A stretch of 64,000 nt of DNA from Candidatus Omnitrophota bacterium (GTDB taxonomy: Bacteria; Omnitrophota; Gorgyraeia; Duberdicusellales; 4484-171). This document shows positions 1 to 8,627 of the stretch, one piece after another; within the stretch, counting starts at the first letter, position 1, and each line of letters starts with the position of its first letter. The stretch is from NCBI GenBank assembly GCA_003154195.1, contig PMCS01000018.1, positions 44,773 through 108,772 of the forward strand. The letters run 5' to 3'. A program made the position numbers and the translations under genes. A model generated the notes under the pieces. That model was not told the origin of the DNA, ran no database searches, and saw only the letters and a program-made list of their open reading frames with translations.

Positions 1-430
1 GGTCTTTAGGCAATTGGCCAGAGGCAAAAAGCTGTATCGAATCGAGGTACTTTTTTTCATCCCTTAACGCCGTCTGCTCATCCCTTAAGCCGCGTATTTC
101 ATCTCCCACTGCCGTGATCTCGGCTTCAACGCTGCGGATATTTTCGGCTGAAGCGGTGGTCAAATATTGGCTCTTTAACGTTGCCCCCATTATTTTTACG
201 TGATCATCCCCGGCGATGGCGCGGATTGAATTTTCTTCTACCTGCGACAGGATATTATCGAAGACTATCGTGTTATCCCCGGCTTCCAATTTCACCTGGG
301 CGACGCGGCTGACAAATGCCGAATCGTTATAAACGGTAACGGCATTGATACGCGACTCGGCTGTTTTATCCTGCGCGTAAACCCCCGCGGCCAAAAAAGA
401 CAAAACCAGAAAAGCTAAAAGTTTTCGCAT
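1..430 (-). CDS. DUF4140/DUF4139 (MuiA-like) exported protein, truncated by window edge
   Basis: ATG at 430 with AGGAGG RBS. Manual translation MRKLLAFLVLSFLAAGVYAQDKTAESRINAVTVYNDSAFVSR... shows a signal peptide, an 'I.AVTVY.D.A.V.R' motif and a coiled coil. Confidence 0.7.
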   Translation of the reverse strand, partial: MRKLLAFLVLSFLAAGVYAQDKTAESRINAVTVYNDSAFVSRVAQVKLEAGDNTIVFDNILSQVEENSIRAIAGDDHVKIMGATLKSQYLTTASAENIRSVEAEITAVGDEIRGLRDEQTALRDEKKYLDSIQLFASGQLPKD

Positions 431-439
431 AAAACCTCC

Positions 440-871
440 TTATTCTTGACCCTTCTCTGCTGTAACGGTAATCGGCTCGCCGATTACCCCGGCGTAAAAC
501 ACAATAAGTTCAGTAACTTTATTCCCCTCATTTTTACCGTAGTGCCACTTGTTTACGACTTCAACAAGCGAATCGCCGGCCTTTAAATGCAGGGTCTCGT
601 TTTTTTCGGTGATGACCGTCAATTCACCCGCCAACACCACTCCGGCGTTGATCACGTTATGCTTGTGCAAAGCCAGTTGCGCCTTGGGTGGTATTCTTAT
701 TTTCAAAATCGTGACTTCCGGCGTTCCGGCGGGATAAGCGGGGAGCTTTTGGCCATCCCAGCTTAAACTACTTTTGGCTAACGGCGTTACCTCAATAGTT
801 TTTAAACTATTGTTAGCAGTGGCGCACGCCGACAATCCGGCCAGGTATAAAACAAAAAATAATTTTTTCAT
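440..871 (-). CDS. exported cupin-domain protein
   Basis: Signal peptide; cupin motifs LHKH...G.VL.GEL and GDS..E....WHYG. Confidence 0.8.
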   Translation of the reverse strand: MKKLFFVLYLAGLSACATANNSLKTIEVTPLAKSSLSWDGQKLPAYPAGTPEVTILKIRIPPKAQLALHKHNVINAGVVLAGELTVITEKNETLHLKAGDSLVEVVNKWHYGKNEGNKVTELIVFYAGVIGEPITVTAEKGQE

Positions 872-1235
872 TAGAATATTCCGGCACTCCCTACGGGCGT
901 CAGCCCTTCAGTCGCGCTAACTTCTGGAAACTATTCTACTCCCGCAGGTAATTTTGGCAATGAAATTAACAGACTAAACACAAAACTCCTCGTTATCGTC
1001 TAAAACCCTGACATTCCTGAATAAATTCGGATATTTTTTAGCTTAAAAAGTATGTAGGGAAATAATTGTTTTGGGATTCAGGGCTTGAGCGGATTTTTTA
1101 ATGATTTGACCGCGCTTCCTTGTGTTGGCCGGCTACTCTTCTCCTAAAATAAAAATGTATTTAGTGGTAAATTTTAGGTTTTTACTCGGATTTTATGGTT
1201 TAGAACGGCAAAGCCGTCGCTCACATTAGCGAGCG

Positions 1236-1607
1236 TTAGGTTTTCCGTGGTGAATATTTTTCTGCTTCAGAATAAGACTTGTAAGTATGTACGGCTACCT
1301 GGTCAGAATAATGGAATAGGCTCATTATATTAAATCCTATATCCTTTTCTTGGTCGGGAATAATTCTTATAACCCTGGAAACTCCGCTCTTATTTAATAA
1401 ATCCATTACCTTTTCAATAAAAGAACTCGCGCTTATGTCCATCTGCTCCAAGGAAGATAAGTCGGTGAATACAATAAAACCTTTATTTAGCTTAGGGGCA
1501 ATCTCCTGAATTTGGGCATAGAATTGCTCTGCCTGTAAGAGATCATAAAAGCCTCCAAGGACGATATCTAATTTATTGCCCTTATCGCTTATTTTTAGGC
1601 TAAACAT
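1236..1607 (-). CDS. hypothetical protein, possibly STAS/SpoIIAA-like alpha/beta fold
   Basis: AT-rich ORF; ATG at 1607 after AAGGGG RBS; 'FTDLSSLEQMD' resembles STAS-like strand-helix. Confidence 0.5.
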   Translation of the reverse strand: MFSLKISDKGNKLDIVLGGFYDLLQAEQFYAQIQEIAPKLNKGFIVFTDLSSLEQMDISASSFIEKVMDLLNKSGVSRVIRIIPDQEKDIGFNIMSLFHYSDQVAVHTYKSYSEAEKYSPRKT

Positions 1608-1690
1608 ATTTTTCCCCTTAATCAATAAAAGCTTATTAGGAAATGAAACACAGGCGGCCCGTTTACATTCAGGCTGCGTTTTGAGTCAGC

Positions 1691-3202
1691 TCAGGAGAGC
1701 CCTTTGAAGGTGCGGGCCACGCGCTCAAGCACCGGAAGATGCTTTAAAAAAATATCTTTGGGGGCCGAGAAATGCATAACAAAAAAACCCTCTTTAGCCG
1801 GCAGGACATAGAACTTTTCCTTGAGTATTACGCTCTCGTCCGATTTGCTCTCAGGATGGAGATAGTGTTTTTCCTCGCGGTCAAACTCAAACGCTTTTCT
1901 TTTGTCCAGGGTTTTGGTCGTTACCGGGCTGTATTTGTCCGTCGCCGCGGCCATGTCATCTTGTGAATTGCTGTCCACATAGTCATTGTAATCCTTGAAA
2001 TATTTGTTGCCTTTGGAAAAGTACGAAACATATAAGGTCACCGGAACCTTTTCCGCGTCAGGGGCAATAAGTTCTATCTGAAAAACCCCCATCCTCTCCT
2101 GATCGGCCTTTTTCTCCAACCGCCAGTTCTCAGGCACTTCGCATGAAAAATAGCCGTCCCGAGAGAAGGCCTTGAAGCCTTCGCCTTCCGGTATCAAGGC
2201 TTTTACCTTACCATGATTCCCTCCCTCTACTGCGTTAGATAAAGGAGGAAGCGAAGGTTTTTCTTGTTGCGATGATTCATTTTTGCCGCTTCCCGATTTT
2301 TCCAGTAATTGAGAAATGTATTCAAGCCCATTTTTTTTAGCTAAAGATAAAGCAGTATCTCCATCTTTATCTTTTAAATCCGTCTTTGCGCCTTTTGCAA
2401 GAAGCGCCCGTACTATGGCTGCATCCCCATCGATAACAGCATCGATAAGCGGTGTTCTTCCAGTATTCAGCCACCCTTCATTTTGCGCATCCTCCTGCAC
2501 ATTCACATCAGCGCCTTTTTCAAGCAGGACATATATCGTTTTTGTCTTATCCCCTTCAGGGCCAAAGCGAGAGGAATAATGTTTACATGCTTCAAGCAAG
2601 GGGGTAACGCCGCCGCTTTTACCATTCACATCAGCGCCTTTTAAAATAAGGTATTTTACAACTTTAACATGCCCTTGGGCCGACGCCTCTATCAAGGGTG
2701 TTCTATCGCCGTCTTCTTTGCCGAAATCGATTTCTGCGCCATGTTCGATTAACAGCTTTACAATTTTAAGATTTCCATACATGGCGGCAGTGGATAACGG
2801 CGTTCCCGAGCGTCCCTTTTCGTTTATCTCATCTTCGTTGAGGCCTAAAAGAGCTGCCCTAAGGAATGCCTTTTTATATTTAGCATCACCTGGCTGCGCA
2901 GCAATTTTTGCCTTGAGGTCTTGGAATGCCTGGCTACTTTTATAAGCTTCCAGTGCCTTAAGAATTGATTTTACTTTTTTAATATCGCCCTTCTTAACAG
3001 CTTCCAACAAAGGAAAGTCGGGCGGAGGAAGAAAATCTATAATTGCGCCGCCATCCCTCTCGCCATATCTTACTGAATTGTTTTGTTCATCGTGGGGGAT
3101 CCGCCACTGTTCCCAGTCCATACCAAACGCTGGGTTTGAATAAAAAAAGACCGCAGAGCAGGCGCACGCAAGAAACATCGTCAAAATTTTTCTTTTCATC
3201 AT
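1691..3202 (-). CDS. exported ankyrin-repeat protein with C-terminal PsbP/DcrB-like domain
   Basis: Signal peptide; several TPL..A...G....V..LL..GA.VN ankyrin repeats; C-terminal 'GYFSCEVPENW...FFVMHFSAP' module. Confidence 0.8.
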   Translation of the reverse strand: MMKRKILTMFLACACSAVFFYSNPAFGMDWEQWRIPHDEQNNSVRYGERDGGAIIDFLPPPDFPLLEAVKKGDIKKVKSILKALEAYKSSQAFQDLKAKIAAQPGDAKYKKAFLRAALLGLNEDEINEKGRSGTPLSTAAMYGNLKIVKLLIEHGAEIDFGKEDGDRTPLIEASAQGHVKVVKYLILKGADVNGKSGGVTPLLEACKHYSSRFGPEGDKTKTIYVLLEKGADVNVQEDAQNEGWLNTGRTPLIDAVIDGDAAIVRALLAKGAKTDLKDKDGDTALSLAKKNGLEYISQLLEKSGSGKNESSQQEKPSLPPLSNAVEGGNHGKVKALIPEGEGFKAFSRDGYFSCEVPENWRLEKKADQERMGVFQIELIAPDAEKVPVTLYVSYFSKGNKYFKDYNDYVDSNSQDDMAAATDKYSPVTTKTLDKRKAFEFDREEKHYLHPESKSDESVILKEKFYVLPAKEGFFVMHFSAPKDIFLKHLPVLERVARTFKGLS

Positions 3203-3203
3203 T
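3094..3203. repeat. signal-peptide cassette copy 1 (direct repeat of 6973..7082)
   Basis: About 110 bp nearly identical to 6973..7082, encoding MMKRKILTMFLACACSAVFFYSNPAFGMDWEQWRIP. Confidence 0.9.
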
Positions 3204-3275
3204 ATTTTTCCCCTATTCTTGCTTAATTTTCTGACATTACTTTGTATATTTTGTTCATGCGGCGCATCGCTGTCT

Positions 3276-4454
3276 TCATGTATTCGGCTTAAAAGACGCT
3301 ATAACCTGGTCGAAAATTTTCATCGATTCATCGGCTATGTCTTCAGGAGCTGAATACTCGAGAACATAGAAACCTTTGTTGCCTTTCAGGATAATGAGAC
3401 GTTTAAACATCGGGATTTTTACGGGATCGACTGCATAGGGAGGAATAAAGATAAATATTTTTTGGTCGAACTGGCTGGCAGCTCTTCCGGCAATGGTTAC
3501 GGTTTTGACCGGCCCGACCTTTTCTCCGGGCAAATTCATTCTTTCACGCGGATCGGCATTGAGCTTCAAAAACTTCTCCGCCGACGTGAAATAGCCATGG
3601 TCAGGGCCGTAATAGGTAATCGTTATGCTTGAAAATCCGCCGGCTTTATTCTTGGGCCCTTTCAGATTGACCCCATATTCTTTGGCTACCTCACCGCTGG
3701 CGATGCTCTCGTACTTTACCCAACTCTTCGGAATTTTTGCCATAAAATAATTTTTATAGCAGCAAAACTCAACTTCTTCAGGATTTTGCGGGATAATTGC
3801 TTTTTGAGCATCCTCGCTTATCTTGACCGCCTCATTGCCTGCAAAGGAGGCCAGCACGGATTCGTACTCTGCCAGCCCGGTTTCGGCCGCCGCCATTGAA
3901 GAGTAATAACTCAGGACATAAAATCCGTTCTTTACCGGGATGACGTGAAACTTTTCGTAGATGGGAATTTTTTTAGGCGAGATGGTCTCCGGCGGGACAA
4001 ACTCAAAAATCCTGCGCTCAAAAATTTTAGCGTAATACTTGCCCACCAGCCCGTTCTCCACGGGGCCGTACTTTTCGCCGTCCAGGGCGGCGCCCAACAC
4101 CGGCCGGGAGTGGGTTGCGATGAATTTTTCGGCTGTCTTGTGCAGCATATTGCCGGGGGCGTAATAGCGCACCGATATTTTTGAAACTATCCCGTCGGCG
4201 TCTTCCGGCCCCAGGAACTCCGCGCCATAGACTTTCTTTTCTTCCTGGGACAGCCCGAACGCGGCATCAGCCTTGTACCAGCCCGCCGGGATTTTCACCG
4301 TAAAATACCCATCCTCAGTATAAGCCGTCGCCGCCTCCTTTGCGCCGGCCTGGGCGGACGCGCCGGCGGGTAGAATTAAAACTGTTAATGCTAATATTTT
4401 GCTGATGTTTATAAAGACTGTCTTTAAAACCGCTAAATTATTTGTTCTGCTCAT
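3276..4454 (-). CDS. exported protein with two PsbP/DcrB-like domains
   Basis: Signal peptide; two related modules (YFTVKIPAGW...FYVLSY and YFMAKIPKSW...FYVLEYSAP). Confidence 0.65.
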   Translation of the reverse strand: MSRTNNLAVLKTVFINISKILALTVLILPAGASAQAGAKEAATAYTEDGYFTVKIPAGWYKADAAFGLSQEEKKVYGAEFLGPEDADGIVSKISVRYYAPGNMLHKTAEKFIATHSRPVLGAALDGEKYGPVENGLVGKYYAKIFERRIFEFVPPETISPKKIPIYEKFHVIPVKNGFYVLSYYSSMAAAETGLAEYESVLASFAGNEAVKISEDAQKAIIPQNPEEVEFCCYKNYFMAKIPKSWVKYESIASGEVAKEYGVNLKGPKNKAGGFSSITITYYGPDHGYFTSAEKFLKLNADPRERMNLPGEKVGPVKTVTIAGRAASQFDQKIFIFIPPYAVDPVKIPMFKRLIILKGNKGFYVLEYSAPEDIADESMKIFDQVIASFKPNT

Positions 4455-5243
4455 CTATTCCCTCCGCTATGATTTTTTTCCGTTTCGGCCAGTAAGGATC
4501 CCACTTCGGGGCTGCCTGCGCTCCTGGCCCAGTCGGCCGGGGTTTTTCCTTCGTTGTCTTTGGCGCCCCTGTTGGCCCCTTTACCCAGGAGATAACGAAC
4601 TATTTCAGGTTTCTTGCTTAGCGCGGCATAGTGAAGCGGCGTGACATCATTCGCATTCTTGTCGTTTATGTTGGCTGACTTTTCGCAAAGGAGCTGAACA
4701 ATCGGAAGATGGCCGCAATACGCCGCTGTGGCCAGCGGGTGTCGATCCTTGAAGTGTTCGCGCATTAACGTCTGCGCCATGGGCGATAAGATTGGATGCG
4801 ACATTCGTTAAACCCAGCTTGGCTGTCAGGTGCAGGGGGGTTGTGTTATCGACATCCCCGAGTTTTGTGTCTGCGCCGGCGGCAATAAGTTGCAGCGCGG
4901 CGTCTTGGCGTTCAAAGGCCACTGCCATATAAAGGGCGGTGCGTTTGAGTTTATCCTGCGAATTTAATGGGGCTTTGGCTTCTATGAGTATCCGGAGAGT
5001 ATTTGTATTGCCGGTCGCGGCGGCGTATGCCAGCACCATTATCCCATCTTCGGTAATGATGGCTTCAGGCAGCCTGGGATACCGGGCAATAAGAGCTTGG
5101 AGGCCATTTACATCACCGGCATCCAGAACAGCCGCAACATCTCTGGCCTGAAGCTCTTTTTCAGCGGCTGCTTTTGCCGCCGGCAAGCTTACCATGGACA
5201 ATGCTACGAGGAATATCGTCAAAATTTTTCTTTTCACCATCAT
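4451..5243 (-). pseudogene. exported ankyrin-repeat protein split by a +1 frameshift at 4737-4739
   Basis: ORF 4647..5255 reads ...GADVNARTLQGSTP and ORF 4451..4804 continues LATAAYCGHLPIVQLL. Removing one C from ACACCCGCTG restores an intact TPLATAA ankyrin repeat. Confidence 0.8.
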
Positions 5244-5247
5244 AGCT

Positions 5248-5889
5248 TCATGCATTCGGCTTAAAAGACGCGATAACCTGGTCGAAAATTTTCATCGACT
5301 CATCGACCATGTCTTCAGGAGCTGAGTACATGATAACATAGAAACCCTTATCGCCCTTCAGGATGATGAGGCGCTCAAACATCGGGATCTTTACGGGGTT
5401 GACGGCATCAGGAGGCATAAAAATAAATGCTTTTTTGTCTAACTGGTTGGCAGGTCTTCCGGCAATAGATACGGCTTTGGCGGTCCCGACCTTCTCTGCG
5501 GGTAAACTCCAGCTGCCGTCCGGACCGACATCGAATTTCAGAAAATCCTCCACCGACTTGAACCTTCTATGGTCGGGCCCATAATAGGTGATCTTTATGT
5601 ATGGAAATCCGCCGGCTTTATTCTTAGGCCCCTTCAGATCGACCCCATATTCCTTGTACACGTCAGCATCGCCGATCTCCTCATACTTGGCCCAACTCTT
5701 GGGAATTTTTGCCGTAAAATAATTGTTATAGCAGATGAACTTCTCGAAAACCTCTTTTTCCTTTGTGGACGACGCATTCGTTTCGGCGTAGCTTTGATCA
5801 ACAAAGCAAAAACCAATCATCGCAAAGATGACGGCAGCCAAACACATAAGCCTTGATCTTTTCACCGATATTATGGTTCGATTGTTCAT
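5248..5889 (-). CDS. exported PsbP/DcrB-like domain protein, paralog of the C-terminal domain of 3276..4454
   Basis: Signal peptide; near-identical peptides KIPKSW.KYE, LKGPKNKAGGF, DESMKIFDQVIASFKPN. Confidence 0.7.
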   Translation of the reverse strand: MNNRTIISVKRSRLMCLAAVIFAMIGFCFVDQSYAETNASSTKEKEVFEKFICYNNYFTAKIPKSWAKYEEIGDADVYKEYGVDLKGPKNKAGGFPYIKITYYGPDHRRFKSVEDFLKFDVGPDGSWSLPAEKVGTAKAVSIAGRPANQLDKKAFIFMPPDAVNPVKIPMFERLIILKGDKGFYVIMYSAPEDMVDESMKIFDQVIASFKPNA

Positions 5890-5902
5890 CTGTTCTTCCT
5901 GC

Positions 5903-7081
5903 TTATTTGGACATGTCCATGGGGGTAATAATAAAGTAATCCGAGCTATAAACGTCGGCCGGGCTAAAGGTAATACCCAGGAGTCTCTTTACCGGGGAAC
6001 TATTTTCCGGGATCTTGCGGCCGGCCTTGGCCAGAACCCATTGGCCCGCCTCCGAGCAGACCAGATTGTCATCGCCGTAAAGGCCATAGTTGGTATTGTC
6101 GATCCAGTTATATCTCTTTTCCGGCTCGCTGGCCAGCTCCTTGATTTCCAGTTCCTTGGCCGCGGCCAAGAGCTTGTTGGCTTCCTTATCGTTCAGCGGC
6201 TGCGCAACCGCGGCCGCGTAAACCGTGCGGGAACCATACCTCGTCTGTAACTCATCTTCGGTAATAATATGCGGGCCTTCGCCTCCCTTATTGTCCAAAA
6301 AGAACTTCTTGCCGTCAACCGTCTTGAGGTAGATCACTGCATGGGAAGCCGGCGATTTCCATTCCCAGGAGCCAAGCCGGTCGCCAAAACGGATCAGCTT
6401 ACTTTTTACGTCATCCGGCTCAAAAAGCAGCATGTCGCCGGACTTAAGTTGCGCAACCTGCTTATAAGGCAAGGGCGGGGCTTTCGTCTTTAAAGACGCG
6501 CAAATCGCGCTGCAATATTGGTTTGGTTCTTTGGTCCGCTGCTGAACAAGTTTCTTCTGGTTTTGCGACCAGGCGGCGGGATCATTCTCCAACTGCTTTT
6601 GCTGCGCTTCTACCATGGCTTTCTGCTTGAGGGAATCTTTCGCCAGCTTCAGATTCTGCTGTATGACCTTGTCGCCGGGGTTCAGCTTCAGCGCTTTCTG
6701 GTAACAGTCGATAGCGGCATTCCAGTCGCTATTCTGATAAGCGGCATTGCCTTTTTCATTCAGGGCATATACATCAGCCCTGCGTTTTTCTTCTTTCTGC
6801 CTTTCCTGTTCAGCCTTTAATGCTTTCTGCTTTTCCTGCGCCGCTCTCTGTTCGGCCATCTGCGCAGCCCTCTGTTTAGCCGTCTCTTCAGCCTGTTCAG
6901 TCCTCCACTCCGCCGCTCGTTGCAGCCGATCAGCTCTATCTTCATCTCTCCCTGAATTGTCTTGTCCGTCGCGGGGGATCCGCCACTGTTCCCAGTCCAT
7001 GCCAAACGCTGGGTTTGAATAAAAAAATACCGCAGAGCAGGCGCACGCAAGAAACATCGTCAAAATTTTTCTTTTCATCAT
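5903..7081 (-). CDS. exported coiled-coil/TPR protein with permuted papain-like (NlpC/P60, YaeF/YiiX-like) domain
   Basis: TPR (GNAAYQNSDWNAAIDCYQKALKLNP); LKSGDMLL...SHAVIY...LVCSE...SPADV with His before Cys. Confidence 0.7.
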   Translation of the reverse strand: MMKRKILTMFLACACSAVFFYSNPAFGMDWEQWRIPRDGQDNSGRDEDRADRLQRAAEWRTEQAEETAKQRAAQMAEQRAAQEKQKALKAEQERQKEEKRRADVYALNEKGNAAYQNSDWNAAIDCYQKALKLNPGDKVIQQNLKLAKDSLKQKAMVEAQQKQLENDPAAWSQNQKKLVQQRTKEPNQYCSAICASLKTKAPPLPYKQVAQLKSGDMLLFEPDDVKSKLIRFGDRLGSWEWKSPASHAVIYLKTVDGKKFFLDNKGGEGPHIITEDELQTRYGSRTVYAAAVAQPLNDKEANKLLAAAKELEIKELASEPEKRYNWIDNTNYGLYGDDNLVCSEAGQWVLAKAGRKIPENSSPVKRLLGITFSPADVYSSDYFIITPMDMSK

Positions 7082-7082
7082 T
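6973..7082. repeat. signal-peptide cassette copy 2
   Basis: Direct repeat of 3094..3203. Confidence 0.9.
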
Positions 7083-7248
7083 CTATTTTACTCCGATATA
7101 CCGAAAAGTTAAATCATTTGTTTTTCATATTCCCCGGCATTCTTTTTCACATTCCTCTTTTGTTTCAAATGGAAGATTTGCTTCCAGGTTACCCTTTTTG
7201 TCTGGCCGCTTATTATATTAAGGCTATCGTCAGATAGACAGATGATAG

Positions 7249-7974
7249 TTACTCTAAACTTAATTTGCCCTCATCGGCGAAGCTGTAGTATCGGTTGTTG
7301 CCGATGATCAAATGGTCGAGCATATTTATCTGGAGAGCTTTAGCCGCCCGGCACAATTCTCTGGTAAACTCGATATCTTCCCGGCTGGGCGAGGGGTCGC
7401 CGGAAGGATGGTTGTGCACGCAGATGACCGAGGCCGCGAAATTCTGCAGGGCTTTATGAAAAATCTCCCGGATCACGGGGTGGGCGTTGTTCACCGTTCC
7501 TTCGACGATTTCCACGGTATCGATGATCTTATTTTTTGAATTAAGCAGTAAAATTTTAAAAACTTCTTTTTTAAAGTCTCTCATCCTCGGTAAAAAAATT
7601 TCCGCGGCGTTTTTTGATGATGTTATTTTAAAATTATTTTCTTTGGCTTCTTCTTCGGTGAATCTCCGGCCGATTTCTACCGCAGCTTTGATCTGGGCTA
7701 TTTTTGCCGTTCCCAGGCCTTTGACTTCTTTCCAGCGCGCCGGATCGATACATGACAGGCCGCGGAATGTTTTAAATTTTTTTAATATTGTTCTCGCCAG
7801 GTCGACGGCGCTGCATCCTTTTGTCCCGGTGCGCAGAAGGATGGCCAGCAATTCGGAGTTGCTTAGGGTGTGCTCCCCGTGGCGCATCATTTTTTCTCTC
7901 GGCCGGTCTTCTTCGGGCCATTGTTTAATGCCTGTTCTGTGATTGGTGTTTTTTTTGGCTTTGTCTTTGCTCAT
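7249..7974 (-). CDS. radC: RadC family JAB-domain protein
   Basis: RPREK, LSNSELLAILLRTG, HNHPSGDPSPS.ED, LDHLIIG. Confidence 0.95.
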   Translation of the reverse strand: MSKDKAKKNTNHRTGIKQWPEEDRPREKMMRHGEHTLSNSELLAILLRTGTKGCSAVDLARTILKKFKTFRGLSCIDPARWKEVKGLGTAKIAQIKAAVEIGRRFTEEEAKENNFKITSSKNAAEIFLPRMRDFKKEVFKILLLNSKNKIIDTVEIVEGTVNNAHPVIREIFHKALQNFAASVICVHNHPSGDPSPSREDIEFTRELCRAAKALQINMLDHLIIGNNRYYSFADEGKLSLE

Positions 7975-8077
7975 TGTAGTTTAGCCACCGATTGATAACC
8001 ACCCGCAAACGTTGGCGGGCATTAATGCTAAGCGATTATTAAAAAAATATAAATATTTAATTTACCGTAAAAAACTT

Positions 8078-8231
8078 TTTTAGCCACGGATTGTCACTGG
8101 TAAAACACTGATTTGAATAAAAAAATACTAGAAAATTTAAAAAAACATGGTTAGTTTTAAAATTTTTTATTCAAAAAATTCGACAAATATATTGCTTATC
8201 TGTGGCAATCAGTGTTAATCCGTGGCTAAAA
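8078..8231. repeat. intergenic inverted repeat, CCACRGAT...ATCYGTGG family
   Basis: ttttagccacggatt ... aatccgtggctaaaa arms around an AT-rich spacer. Confidence 0.75.
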
Positions 8232-8255
8232 TAAACTGGATTGCCGTGTTTTCGA

Positions 8256-8627
8256 TTAACCGCCGGAGCGCTTTACGGTAAATCCCCTTCGGGTCAATTC
8301 TGCCAATAAAACATTTCGATGGTCGCCCTGGAGTTCGATTGTACCGTTTTTTATGACGCCGCCGGCGCCCAGTTTCCGTTTAAGTTCTTTTGCCAGTTCC
8401 GCCAGCCCGGTGTGATTTAAAGGTATGCCGGTTACGAGAGTAACTCCCTTTCCCTTGCGGCCTTTGGTTTCTCTTGAGACCCTGACAATTCCGTCATTTT
8501 TTATAATTGTGTTTTTTGTAAACTTAGGGAAGGCGTGGTTTTTACCTGTTGTCCTGCAATCGTGGGAGATATCGCCGCATTCCGTTGAATATACAAGGCG
8601 AGAATCAGGGTTATCGGGAGCGCTCAT
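8256..8627 (-). CDS. yciH: translation initiation factor SUI1 homolog
   Basis: RLVYST, ETKGRKGKGVT, LK...G.GG..K.G.IELQGDHR. Confidence 0.92.
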   Translation of the reverse strand: MSAPDNPDSRLVYSTECGDISHDCRTTGKNHAFPKFTKNTIIKNDGIVRVSRETKGRKGKGVTLVTGIPLNHTGLAELAKELKRKLGAGGVIKNGTIELQGDHRNVLLAELTRRGFTVKRSGG

